Source: an uncultured Muribaculaceae bacterium (GTDB lineage Bacteria > Bacillota_I > Bacilli_A > RF39 > UBA660). From it: a stretch of DNA of 64,000 nucleotides. A program made the position numbers and the translations under genes. Below the pieces are notes generated by a model. That model was given only the letters and a program-made list of their open reading frames with translations, did not search any database and was not told the DNA's origin. Within the stretch, counting starts at the first letter, position 1; each line of letters opens with the position of its first letter. The stretch lies in assembly GCA_964587565.1 (NCBI GenBank), contig CAZPLK010000003.1, positions 16,276-80,275 on the forward strand, given 5' to 3'. Below, piece after piece: positions 17,850 to 26,066 of the stretch.

Positions 17850-18845
17850 ATGAATGTTATAATTACAAATCGTTACAAATCGATGATTCAAAATTTGGAT
17901 ATTGATATAATTAAAGAATTAAATGGTGAATTTGAAGTTAGTGAAATCGTTAATAATTTTCAAAACTTCTTTTTCCAAAGAATGATTTTAGACATTACTG
18001 CTATTAAAAACTATAAGGATATTAAAAATTTACAAAAATTATCTATTTCATTAGATATGGATAAAGTTATTTTATTATTAGACGACTCGCCTGAAAGTTC
18101 ATCAAAAGAATATCAATCCAATTTAATATCAATAGGTATTTATAATTTCACCCGAAATGTTGAAGGTATTATGTATCTATATAATAATCCGAATAGTTAT
18201 CGCGATGTAGCGCATATTCATAATATTGTTGAGGTAAATGAAGAGATTGATACTCCTAAATTTTCCACTCCTAAATTAGGTGCTAGAATTATAGGGGTTA
18301 AAAATGTAACAGCTCAATCTGGTGCAACAACTTTAGTTTATATGATGAAAAGGCAGCTTCAAAAAAATTATATGGTGGCAGCATTAGAGGTTAACAAAAG
18401 GGATTTTGGTTTTTTTAATGATAAGGAATTGATTTCTACTAATGACACTTCAATAAATAGTGTTATTAACAAGCATAATGGATACGATGTAATTTTAATT
18501 GATCTTAATGATAGTGCTGCAGCAGAAAATTTATGTCACGATATAATTTATTTAATTGAACCATCAGTTATTAAATTAAATAAATTTATGTTAGTTAATA
18601 GTAAAAAATTGGATAAGTTAAAAAATAAAACGATTGTTTTAAATCAAAGTTTACTAAGTTCAAAAGATGTTTTAGATTTTGAATATGAATCCAAATTAAA
18701 AATATTTTTCAATATGCCGCCACTCGATGAGCGTCAAAATGATATACATATTCTTAATGCATTCTTAACAAGATTGGGATTTGATAAGCAAAAAACAGAA
18801 GAAATGGAAATGAAAAGTAAAATTTTAGGGTTGTTTAATATATAA
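17850..18845 (+). CDS. TadZ/CpaE-like ParA/MinD-fold protein with degenerate P-loop
   Basis: IIGVKNVTAQSGATTL aligns to xxSxKGGxGKTT with both lysines replaced. Walker B-like DVILIDLND. An N-terminal extra domain is present, as in TadZ. Confidence 0.5.
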   Translation: MNVIITNRYKSMIQNLDIDIIKELNGEFEVSEIVNNFQNFFFQRMILDITAIKNYKDIKNLQKLSISLDMDKVILLLDDSPESSSKEYQSNLISIGIYNFTRNVEGIMYLYNNPNSYRDVAHIHNIVEVNEEIDTPKFSTPKLGARIIGVKNVTAQSGATTLVYMMKRQLQKNYMVAALEVNKRDFGFFNDKELISTNDTSINSVINKHNGYDVILIDLNDSAAAENLCHDIIYLIEPSVIKLNKFMLVNSKKLDKLKNKTIVLNQSLLSSKDVLDFEYESKLKIFFNMPPLDERQNDIHILNAFLTRLGFDKQKTEEMEMKSKILGLFNI

Positions 18846-18847
18846 TA

Positions 18848-18876
18848 TTGACAAAATAAAACATTTGTCGTATTAT
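18848..18876 (+). promoter_or_regulatory. internal sigma-A-type promoter at the start of the T4SS half
   Basis: TTGACA, 17-nt spacer, TATTAT. It begins 3 nt after the tadZ-like stop codon. Confidence 0.55.
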
Positions 18877-18899
18877 ATATCTATTAAAGGAGGTATTTT

Positions 18900-19271
18900 A
18901 TGTTTATATTAAGTAAAGCATGTATGGCACAGTGTTCAAATTTAATTGCTGATGGTATTCCTCAGCCAATAGTTGGATTAATTGGTGCTCTTGTTTTTGG
19001 AATTAAAGTTGTAGTGCCTATTTTATTGGTTATTTTTGGAATGTTAGATTTAGGTAAAGCTGTTATGGCTCAAAAAGAAGATGAAATTAAAAAAGGTCAA
19101 CAGACATTTATGAAGCGTTTAATTGCAGCAGCGATTGTGTTTTTAGTAATATTTATAGCACAATTGGTTATAGGAATTGTATCGGGTCAAACTGGTGAGG
19201 GTTCAAATGTATGGAATTGTGCTGATTGTATTTTATCTGGTGATAAAACAAACACTTCCAGAGATGACTAA
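18900..19271 (+). CDS. VirB2/TrbC-like small two-TM protein (pilin-like conjugal transfer protein class)
   Basis: Two hydrophobic helices separated by the loop GMLDLGKAVMAQKEDEIKKGQ. 123 aa with 4 Cys. RBS AAGGAGG. Confidence 0.45.
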   Translation: MFILSKACMAQCSNLIADGIPQPIVGLIGALVFGIKVVVPILLVIFGMLDLGKAVMAQKEDEIKKGQQTFMKRLIAAAIVFLVIFIAQLVIGIVSGQTGEGSNVWNCADCILSGDKTNTSRDD

Positions 19272-19289
19272 ATATATATGTATTTAAAT

Positions 19290-19325
19290 ACAAAAACAAT
19301 AATAAATATTTATTATTGTTTTTGT
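19290..19325 (+). terminator. perfect 36-nt palindrome (attenuator/terminator-like) after the VirB2-like gene
   Basis: ACAAAAACAATAATAAAT/ATTTATTATTGTTTTTGT has exactly complementary 18-nt arms and a T-rich 3' side. Confidence 0.6.
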
Positions 19326-19371
19326 TTGTGCTATAATAATGATAACTATAGAATTTTGAGGTGCAAATGAA

Positions 19372-20790
19372 ATGAACTATAAAATTAAACTATTATTTTT
19401 AAGTTATGTTTGTCTTATAATTGGTTTTACAGATGTTAAAGCTCAAAATAATTTTGTTAGAGTGTGTAGGTATTATAGACCTGAAGATAAAACCACTATA
19501 TATTTAAAATGGGAAAGTGAGACGAAGTATCCGTTAGTATACGATGAAAACGGAAATTTCTTAACAGGAATAAATACTATTAATAATACCGAAAAAGTAT
19601 TTGATGATAGTTGTCCAAGCTATTTAGTATATCATGAAACTATATATGATAAACTTCACACACCTTCAGAAAAAAAATCAAAAGATGCTTTTGTTTTTGA
19701 CGGTGTTATAACTGCAGGAAGAGATGTTTATTATTCAGAAACGTATAAAGAAAATCGTGATAATCCAAATAACAATTCTTACATAAATAAAAAAGTAAGT
19801 TGTTCTTATGTTTTGAAAAATGGATTTAAGTTTGAAGTAACTGTGGACACTAAGGGAAAAATTACTTCTTCCGCAACAAACAAAAAGGGGAAAAATGCCA
19901 AGGTTATTTTGGATAATCCCGGAAATTTGTTGACTATCATAAGTGAAACTTCAAAATGTCCCACAACCATTTGTTATAATGAAAATTTAGGACGAAAAGA
20001 TAGAGTAACTCTTTTTGCAGATATTAACCATAATTGCAAATCTGTTCGAGGTGGTTCTACTAACTCCAATGCACATAGAACGACAATGAGCGAACAAACA
20101 CTAGGTGCATACCCTTCTGCCGCTGAAAGAGCTCGAGGTCAAATATTAAAAGAAGAAAGTAAACAAAAATCAAACAAGTACATTGATTGTTTAGAAAAAA
20201 TAGATGAAGGAACAAATGGCAACAGAATATGTTACGATATAAGAGCTTATAAAAATCGGGTGTGTGGTAGTGATTCAAGTTCAAACAGTTGTATTGAAAG
20301 ACATTATGATTACATTAAGTGTGTTGAAGAAGCTTATCCAAAGGAAGAAATAGATAAAGTATGTTTTAAAGAGGTAGAAGAGTATAAAAAAGCACAAGAT
20401 GAGCTTGTTGATTATGCTAATGAAACAGGGGATGAAACTGTAAGGAGTTACATTAATCTAAATTATGATTCTGGTGGTATAGGTACTGATATTAACTATG
20501 ATGATATTGATTGTGGTCAATTGTTAGGTTCTGAATTGTTAGAGTGGTTATCATCGATATATTTTTTAATTCAAGTAGGTGCAATTGCTATTACTGTTAT
20601 AACTGGAATGTTAGATATAACAAAGGCAGTTGCTTCTAATGAAGAAGATATGTTAAAAAAGGCTTTAAATAAATTAAAGATTCGTTTACTAGTAACTGTA
20701 ATAATAATAATCTTACCAATATTAATCGAATTTATATTGGGGTTTGTTGAAATACCAGGATTAACAAATAAAAATCCATTATGTGAATAA
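19372..20790 (+). CDS. secreted Cys-rich protein with C-terminal VirB2-like two-TM module
   Basis: Signal peptide, 14 Cys in the mature part. The C-terminal 90 aa (…GMLDITKAVASNEEDMLKK…) are collinear with 18900-19271. Confidence 0.55.
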   Translation: MNYKIKLLFLSYVCLIIGFTDVKAQNNFVRVCRYYRPEDKTTIYLKWESETKYPLVYDENGNFLTGINTINNTEKVFDDSCPSYLVYHETIYDKLHTPSEKKSKDAFVFDGVITAGRDVYYSETYKENRDNPNNNSYINKKVSCSYVLKNGFKFEVTVDTKGKITSSATNKKGKNAKVILDNPGNLLTIISETSKCPTTICYNENLGRKDRVTLFADINHNCKSVRGGSTNSNAHRTTMSEQTLGAYPSAAERARGQILKEESKQKSNKYIDCLEKIDEGTNGNRICYDIRAYKNRVCGSDSSSNSCIERHYDYIKCVEEAYPKEEIDKVCFKEVEEYKKAQDELVDYANETGDETVRSYINLNYDSGGIGTDINYDDIDCGQLLGSELLEWLSSIYFLIQVGAIAITVITGMLDITKAVASNEEDMLKKALNKLKIRLLVTVIIIILPILIEFILGFVEIPGLTNKNPLCE

Positions 20791-20805
20791 ATGAGGTGAA
20801 AAATA

Positions 20806-22791
20806 ATGGGTGACTTAATTATATCTATGCTTCGTGCGATTTCTTCTTTTTTAGACGGGTTAGTCGCGTGGGTAATTGATGAAATTTATAAATTGATTAT
20901 GTATATAGCTGATACTAATGTTTTTGGTGCTGATGCAATAGAAATGTTTAGCAGAAGAATTTATGTTTTGTTAAGCATTTTTATGCTGTTTAAAATATCA
21001 TTTTCATTAGTTAATTATTTAATTAACCCAGATAATTTTCACTCTGATGATAAAGGTTTTGGGAAAATCATTACTAATTCAATGATTGTTCTAATTTTGA
21101 TAGTCATTACACCTTTTGCTTTTAGTGAATTGTATAATGTACAAGGTATGTTATTAAGAAATAAGACAGTAGAGCAAATCATATTGGGGGTTGGTCAAGG
21201 TTCTGATTTGGAAAATAATGCTGGACCACAAATTTCATTTGCGGTTTTTTCAGCCTTTTTCACTCCAAACCTTGATGCACCTGGTATGTCTGCTTGTGCT
21301 GACATGTATGGTGGTGAATTATCAAGTCAATGCCGTTCTAATGTAGCAGCTCATGGTGGAACTGATGCAGAACAAGCATTAGTAGAAGCTTTCGGGGGTG
21401 AGAATGGTGACGGTACAAGAAAAGCTTCAAAATTACTATCTACACCATTAACCTTAGCGAAAGATGAAGGAGAATTTTTATTTAATTACAAATTTTTAAT
21501 ATCCACTTTGACTGGTGGAGCAGTAGCCTATTTATTGTTAATAACATCTATTGATATTGCGGTTAGATCTGTTAAACTGGGCTTTTTACAATTAATTGCA
21601 CCAATACCAATTATTTCATATATAGACCCTGACAGTAGTAAGAAAGGTGTTTTTAAAAATTGGTTAACACAAACCTTAAAAACTTACTTAGATTTATTTA
21701 TTAGGTTAGCCGCGATATTTTTTGCTGTATTTATAATATCCTTAATTGTAAATAATAAAATGGAATTTATTAGTAGTGGCGAAGTTGTTAGGATGAGGGA
21801 TCACCCATTTGTAACAATATTTATTTTAATAGGGGCGTTAATGTTTGCTAATCAAGTTCCAAAGCTTATATCAGACTTAATACCTGGAGCTAATTTGGAT
21901 GGTGCATTTACTTTAAACCCTATGAAAAAGGTTGGTGCATCACCAATAGCAGCTGGTGCTATTGGCGGGTTGGTCGGTACTGGGGTAGGAGCTGCTGGTT
22001 CATTTGCAGCCCATCGTGCCTTAGGTCATAATGTGGGCCGTTCTTTATTAGGGGGTGTAGGTGGTGCCTTTAGTGGTGGTGCTCGCGGGCTTACTAGTGG
22101 TGGTGATGGTTCACCAATTCAATCCGGAATTAAAGCTGGCGGCATGAACGCTCAAAATATAATTAGTCGTGATGGAACTACAGTTGCTTCACGTATGAGT
22201 GCCCAAGCTGCTTCTGCGTTAGGACTATCGACTAGAGCTGAAATACAAGATAATATTGTAAAACAATATGATCAAGTATCAAAGTTAAAATCTGATGTAG
22301 ACAACCAAGCGGAAAAACAAATTATGAAACAACCAGATAGAAGAGTTCAGTTCAGTTGGACTAATACTCAAGGTCAAACAATTCGTTCTACTGGTAATTT
22401 GCAAGTTTTAAAAAATCAAATAGATTCTTTAAAATCTAGTGGAGCACCTGCAGCACAAATTGCTGATGCAACTACAGCATATCATTCAGCCTTAAATCAA
22501 GCGAAAAAAGATTATGTAAATGAGAAAATGGATAGATCAAACCCAAATCGTGATGATGTAATTGACCAAATAACTCACGAAATGAATAAAATAATTTCAA
22601 GCAACGATCACGATGCGTTTAAAGGAATAAATTTATCAGTTCAAACACCTGATTTATCAGCTGGTGAAACATTTTACGGTAATATTGATACTATTACTAA
22701 GACATCTGAAAAAAGAAAAGTCACCCTACAAAGTAGCGATGAATGGAAGATTGCACACGCTAGCAAGGATTTAAAAGGTGGTAAAAAATAA
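20806..22791 (+). CDS. VirB6/TrbL-like polytopic channel protein
   Basis: Multiple TM helices, a Gly/Ala-rich tract (AAGAIGGLVGTGVGAAGSFAA..GGVGGAFSGGARGLTSGGDG) and a hydrophilic tail. Same class as Tn916 Orf15/PrgH/TcpH. Confidence 0.55.
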   Translation: MGDLIISMLRAISSFLDGLVAWVIDEIYKLIMYIADTNVFGADAIEMFSRRIYVLLSIFMLFKISFSLVNYLINPDNFHSDDKGFGKIITNSMIVLILIVITPFAFSELYNVQGMLLRNKTVEQIILGVGQGSDLENNAGPQISFAVFSAFFTPNLDAPGMSACADMYGGELSSQCRSNVAAHGGTDAEQALVEAFGGENGDGTRKASKLLSTPLTLAKDEGEFLFNYKFLISTLTGGAVAYLLLITSIDIAVRSVKLGFLQLIAPIPIISYIDPDSSKKGVFKNWLTQTLKTYLDLFIRLAAIFFAVFIISLIVNNKMEFISSGEVVRMRDHPFVTIFILIGALMFANQVPKLISDLIPGANLDGAFTLNPMKKVGASPIAAGAIGGLVGTGVGAAGSFAAHRALGHNVGRSLLGGVGGAFSGGARGLTSGGDGSPIQSGIKAGGMNAQNIISRDGTTVASRMSAQAASALGLSTRAEIQDNIVKQYDQVSKLKSDVDNQAEKQIMKQPDRRVQFSWTNTQGQTIRSTGNLQVLKNQIDSLKSSGAPAAQIADATTAYHSALNQAKKDYVNEKMDRSNPNRDDVIDQITHEMNKIISSNDHDAFKGINLSVQTPDLSAGETFYGNIDTITKTSEKRKVTLQSSDEWKIAHASKDLKGGKK

Positions 22792-22802
22792 AAGGTGGAA
22801 AA

Positions 22803-23393
22803 ATGAAAAAAATTACTAAGAAATTTTTAAATAAAATTAATGATAAGTTTAAACACGAAATAGGACTTCCAACAAATTGTGAAATATGCAAATTAAAAAT
22901 TAATCAATATAATAATTTTATCCAAATAAAACAAGAATTAGATGAATACGCTCAAGGTGAAGTTGCACTTATACCAGATATGGTTGTGAACTATAAATGG
23001 AAAGATGTCGATGCAATTGAAAAAATGAGTAAAGAAAATTTATTAGTTTTAAAAAGCCAAATTGAAGTATTAAAACATAGTGGTGCTTCTGCAAAAGAGC
23101 TGGCTAATATAAATATTTCTTATAATTGCGCCCTTAAAAAGGCAATTGCTAATTATATTGATAATTATGATGATTATAAGGTGAATAGTTTTAAAAAACA
23201 GCTCAATAATTATTTGAAGGAAAATAAATACGATGCCTTTAAAAACATAATTTGCCCAAAAACAAAAGATAGATTAAAAGAAATAAATAAATACAACGAA
23301 ATTACATTTGTAACGGAAGAGGTTAAAAGATTAAAGTTAAAACTTATGAATAGTGAAAACTTTTCTCAACCACAATTTAATAAAAGAAAATAA
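22803..23393 (+). CDS. soluble protein homologous to the C-terminal tail of the VirB6-like protein
   Basis: LVLKSQIEVLKHSGASAKELANINISYNCALKKAIANYI...YDAFKNI aligns with LQVLKNQIDSLKSSGAPAAQIADATTAYHSALNQAKKDYV...HDAFKGI. Confidence 0.5.
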   Translation: MKKITKKFLNKINDKFKHEIGLPTNCEICKLKINQYNNFIQIKQELDEYAQGEVALIPDMVVNYKWKDVDAIEKMSKENLLVLKSQIEVLKHSGASAKELANINISYNCALKKAIANYIDNYDDYKVNSFKKQLNNYLKENKYDAFKNIICPKTKDRLKEINKYNEITFVTEEVKRLKLKLMNSENFSQPQFNKRK

Positions 23394-23408
23394 AAGGAGT
23401 GATATAGC

Positions 23409-23747
23409 GTGAAAAATGATTTCTTAATACCAGCCAACTCAAAAAGATCGATGTTAATATTAGGATTATTTAATACTTTTGATTTAATTTTATTTTTATC
23501 AGGATTAATAATATCTATGATCTTCTTGTTAGTATTACCACTTGAAAATATTACAGTTGCTGTAATAGCTTTAACCCCTGGTCTTGTTTGTGGTTTCTTA
23601 GTTTTGCCAGTACCTAATTACCACAATGTACGGACAATTTTAATGAGTATTTGGGAATTTTACACAACAAGACAAAGATATATATGGAAAGGTTGGTGTT
23701 TTCTAGATGGCGAAGAGAGTAAGGAAGAGCAAATATACAAACAATGA
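23409..23747 (+). CDS. PrgI/VirB3-like small membrane protein
   Basis: 112 aa with a hydrophilic start, then two TM helices, placed immediately upstream of VirB4 as in Tn916 orf17 and prgI. Confidence 0.45.
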   Translation: MKNDFLIPANSKRSMLILGLFNTFDLILFLSGLIISMIFLLVLPLENITVAVIALTPGLVCGFLVLPVPNYHNVRTILMSIWEFYTTRQRYIWKGWCFLDGEESKEEQIYKQ

Positions 23748-24255
23748 TATACCTGTTAAGAGTATTACTAACGGTACTATCATATTAGAAAATGGTTTAA
23801 AAGTAACTGGTGTTAAAATAATGCCACGTAATATTTTTATATTAGATCAAGAAATGCAAAATAGTATAATAATGAATTTAAGAAACGTTTATAATTTAAT
23901 AGATTATGAATTTTGGATTATGGCAGCAGATAGGCCGGTAGACATAAATGTTTACTTATCTCAATTACAATTATTATATAATTCACACAGTAATCAAGTT
24001 AAAAGAAAGATGATTATCGAAGATATTAATAAAGGAAACATGTTTATGAATAATAATGTTGTAGATACTGAGTATTATTTATTATTTAAAGAAAAGGATA
24101 ATGATTTAATACAGAAAAGGATAAGGGTATTAATTAATGCTTTCGCTAGTGCGGGATTATCATCGCATCAAACAACAAACGATGATTTAAGAATGATTTT
24201 GGATAACTTTTTAAATGGTGGACAAACTACTACATTTGGGACGGTGATAGGATGA
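23707..24255 (+). CDS. virB4: VirB4-family ATPase, N-terminal domain as a separate ORF
   Basis: SITNGTIILENGLKVTGVKIMPRNIFILDQEMQNSII.. matches the N-terminal pattern of Gram-positive VirB4 proteins (Orf16/TcpF/PrgJ class). It ends in TGA within ATGA. Confidence 0.6.
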   Translation: MAKRVRKSKYTNNDIPVKSITNGTIILENGLKVTGVKIMPRNIFILDQEMQNSIIMNLRNVYNLIDYEFWIMAADRPVDINVYLSQLQLLYNSHSNQVKRKMIIEDINKGNMFMNNNVVDTEYYLLFKEKDNDLIQKRIRVLINAFASAGLSSHQTTNDDLRMILDNFLNGGQTTTFGTVIG

Positions 24256-26039
24256 TGGATATAAAAAGCCAAATAGCGCCAAAAGGGTTAGAATACAAAC
24301 CTTCTCATTTTATTATTAGTGATAAATGGGCGACAATATTGACTGTTGTCTCATATCCTAAATTTATAAATCCAGGATATTTGTCATCATTGACTAGTAT
24401 GTCTGGTGTGAAAGTTGTTATTAAACATATACCACTTCCATTTTCAGCTATTAGAAGAATGTTAAACAAAGAAATTGCTGATTTAAAACAAAGATATCAA
24501 GAAGAGTTTGATAAAACTATTCAAGAAAGAATAAGACAAGATTATGAATCTTTGGAATATTTTATATCGATGTTGGCTTCAAGTCAATCTAAAATATATG
24601 ATTTTCAAATGCATATTATGATTACAGCTGATTCTGAAGAGCAGTTAATAAGTAAAAAATTACAAGTTAAAAACTATATAGAAGCTATGGACATGAGGGC
24701 TTTCCCGCTTCGATTTGAACAAGAAAAGGTATTAAAATCAATAGTACCAATATACCCATCCCAAGATATTGAACGGAGAATAGGAACTCCAATTCCAGCA
24801 CCGACAATGGCTGCAATGTATCCATTTATATTTGATAGTATAAAAGATCCAGGTTTGTCAACTTTGTTGGGTGTTGATTTTTCAGGCGGAGTAATATTAT
24901 TCAATCAATTTTTATACCAAATTAGAAAAGAACATAATAGGAATAATGCAAATATTATTATATTAGGTACATCAGGTAGTGGTAAGTCAACTGCTGCAAA
25001 ATTACTATTAAGAACTAATATAAGAAACAATCACCAAGTTGTTGTTATTGATCCAGAAGGAGAGTTGGAAGAAATGACAAAGCGCTACGGTGGCGACTTT
25101 ATTGATTTGGGTAAAGGTGGCGAGTTTGGAATGATTAACCCTCTAGAGGTTGTTCTTGATTATGATGAAGAAGAAGCGAAGCAAGGTTTGGGTTATACTG
25201 TATTAACAAGAACGTTACAAACAATAAAAGCATTTTTAAAATATTATGATCCGCAAGTTGATGAAGATGTGGTAACGATGTTTAGTGAAGTAATTCAAGA
25301 TACATATCGTCGCTTTGGTATGGATTTTAACACTGATTTCACTCAATTTACTTCAAAGGATTATCCTACATTTAAAGATGTATATGCAACTATAAGAGGA
25401 CGAATTTTATCTATGCCAGAACATAGCCATGAAAAGGATGTTCTTGAAAGATTGGAATTAAAAATAAGGCCATTGGTGAAAGAATTAAAATATTACTTTG
25501 ATGGACATACAACAATTCAAACTGATAGTGAAATGATAGTGTTTAATATTAGAGAATTGATGAATGCAGATACTAACATTAGAAATGCTTTATTTTTTAA
25601 TATATTAAAGTATGCTTGGGGATTGACTTTAAATAAATCTGTAAATACTGTTTTAATGGTAGATGAAGCTCACGTTTTATTAAGTGGGAATAATACATTA
25701 GGTGCCGATTTTTTAGCGCAAGTACAAAGACGTTCACGTAAATACAATACTGGAACAATTATTATTACACAGCAACCAAGTGACTTTTCTGATCCAACTG
25801 TAATAACTCAAGGCAAGGCGATTTTTGACAATGCATCGTATTATTTAGTTATGGGGCTTAGAAAACAGGCTGTTGAGGATTTATCAAAATTAATAGATTT
25901 GAACGATAACGAAAAAGAAGGGATAAAAAGATATAATCAAGGTGAGGCATTGTTTGTTTGCGGAAGTAGAAGAATGCAGATAAATGTTGTTGTTACCGAA
26001 CAAGAATTAGATTCATTTGGTAGTGGTGGTGGTTTCTAA
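24252..26039 (+). CDS. virB4: VirB4-family ATPase, main body
   Basis: IAPKGLEYKPSHFIISDKWATILTVVSYP.., Walker A ILGTSGSGKST, Walker B VLMVDEAH. Confidence 0.85.
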   Translation: MMDIKSQIAPKGLEYKPSHFIISDKWATILTVVSYPKFINPGYLSSLTSMSGVKVVIKHIPLPFSAIRRMLNKEIADLKQRYQEEFDKTIQERIRQDYESLEYFISMLASSQSKIYDFQMHIMITADSEEQLISKKLQVKNYIEAMDMRAFPLRFEQEKVLKSIVPIYPSQDIERRIGTPIPAPTMAAMYPFIFDSIKDPGLSTLLGVDFSGGVILFNQFLYQIRKEHNRNNANIIILGTSGSGKSTAAKLLLRTNIRNNHQVVVIDPEGELEEMTKRYGGDFIDLGKGGEFGMINPLEVVLDYDEEEAKQGLGYTVLTRTLQTIKAFLKYYDPQVDEDVVTMFSEVIQDTYRRFGMDFNTDFTQFTSKDYPTFKDVYATIRGRILSMPEHSHEKDVLERLELKIRPLVKELKYYFDGHTTIQTDSEMIVFNIRELMNADTNIRNALFFNILKYAWGLTLNKSVNTVLMVDEAHVLLSGNNTLGADFLAQVQRRSRKYNTGTIIITQQPSDFSDPTVITQGKAIFDNASYYLVMGLRKQAVEDLSKLIDLNDNEKEGIKRYNQGEALFVCGSRRMQINVVVTEQELDSFGSGGGF

Positions 26040-26066
26040 ATATAGTAGTTTATAGGTGGTGAGAAA

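Noticed and set aside
23409-23747. 41-nt overlap between the PrgI-like ORF and the VirB4 N-terminal ORF as evidence of a frameshifted fusion
   Set aside because: Both reading frames have independent plausible starts, and the VirB3-like and VirB4 functions are normally separate genes in Gram-positive systems. The overlap may simply reflect an upstream-called start for 23707.
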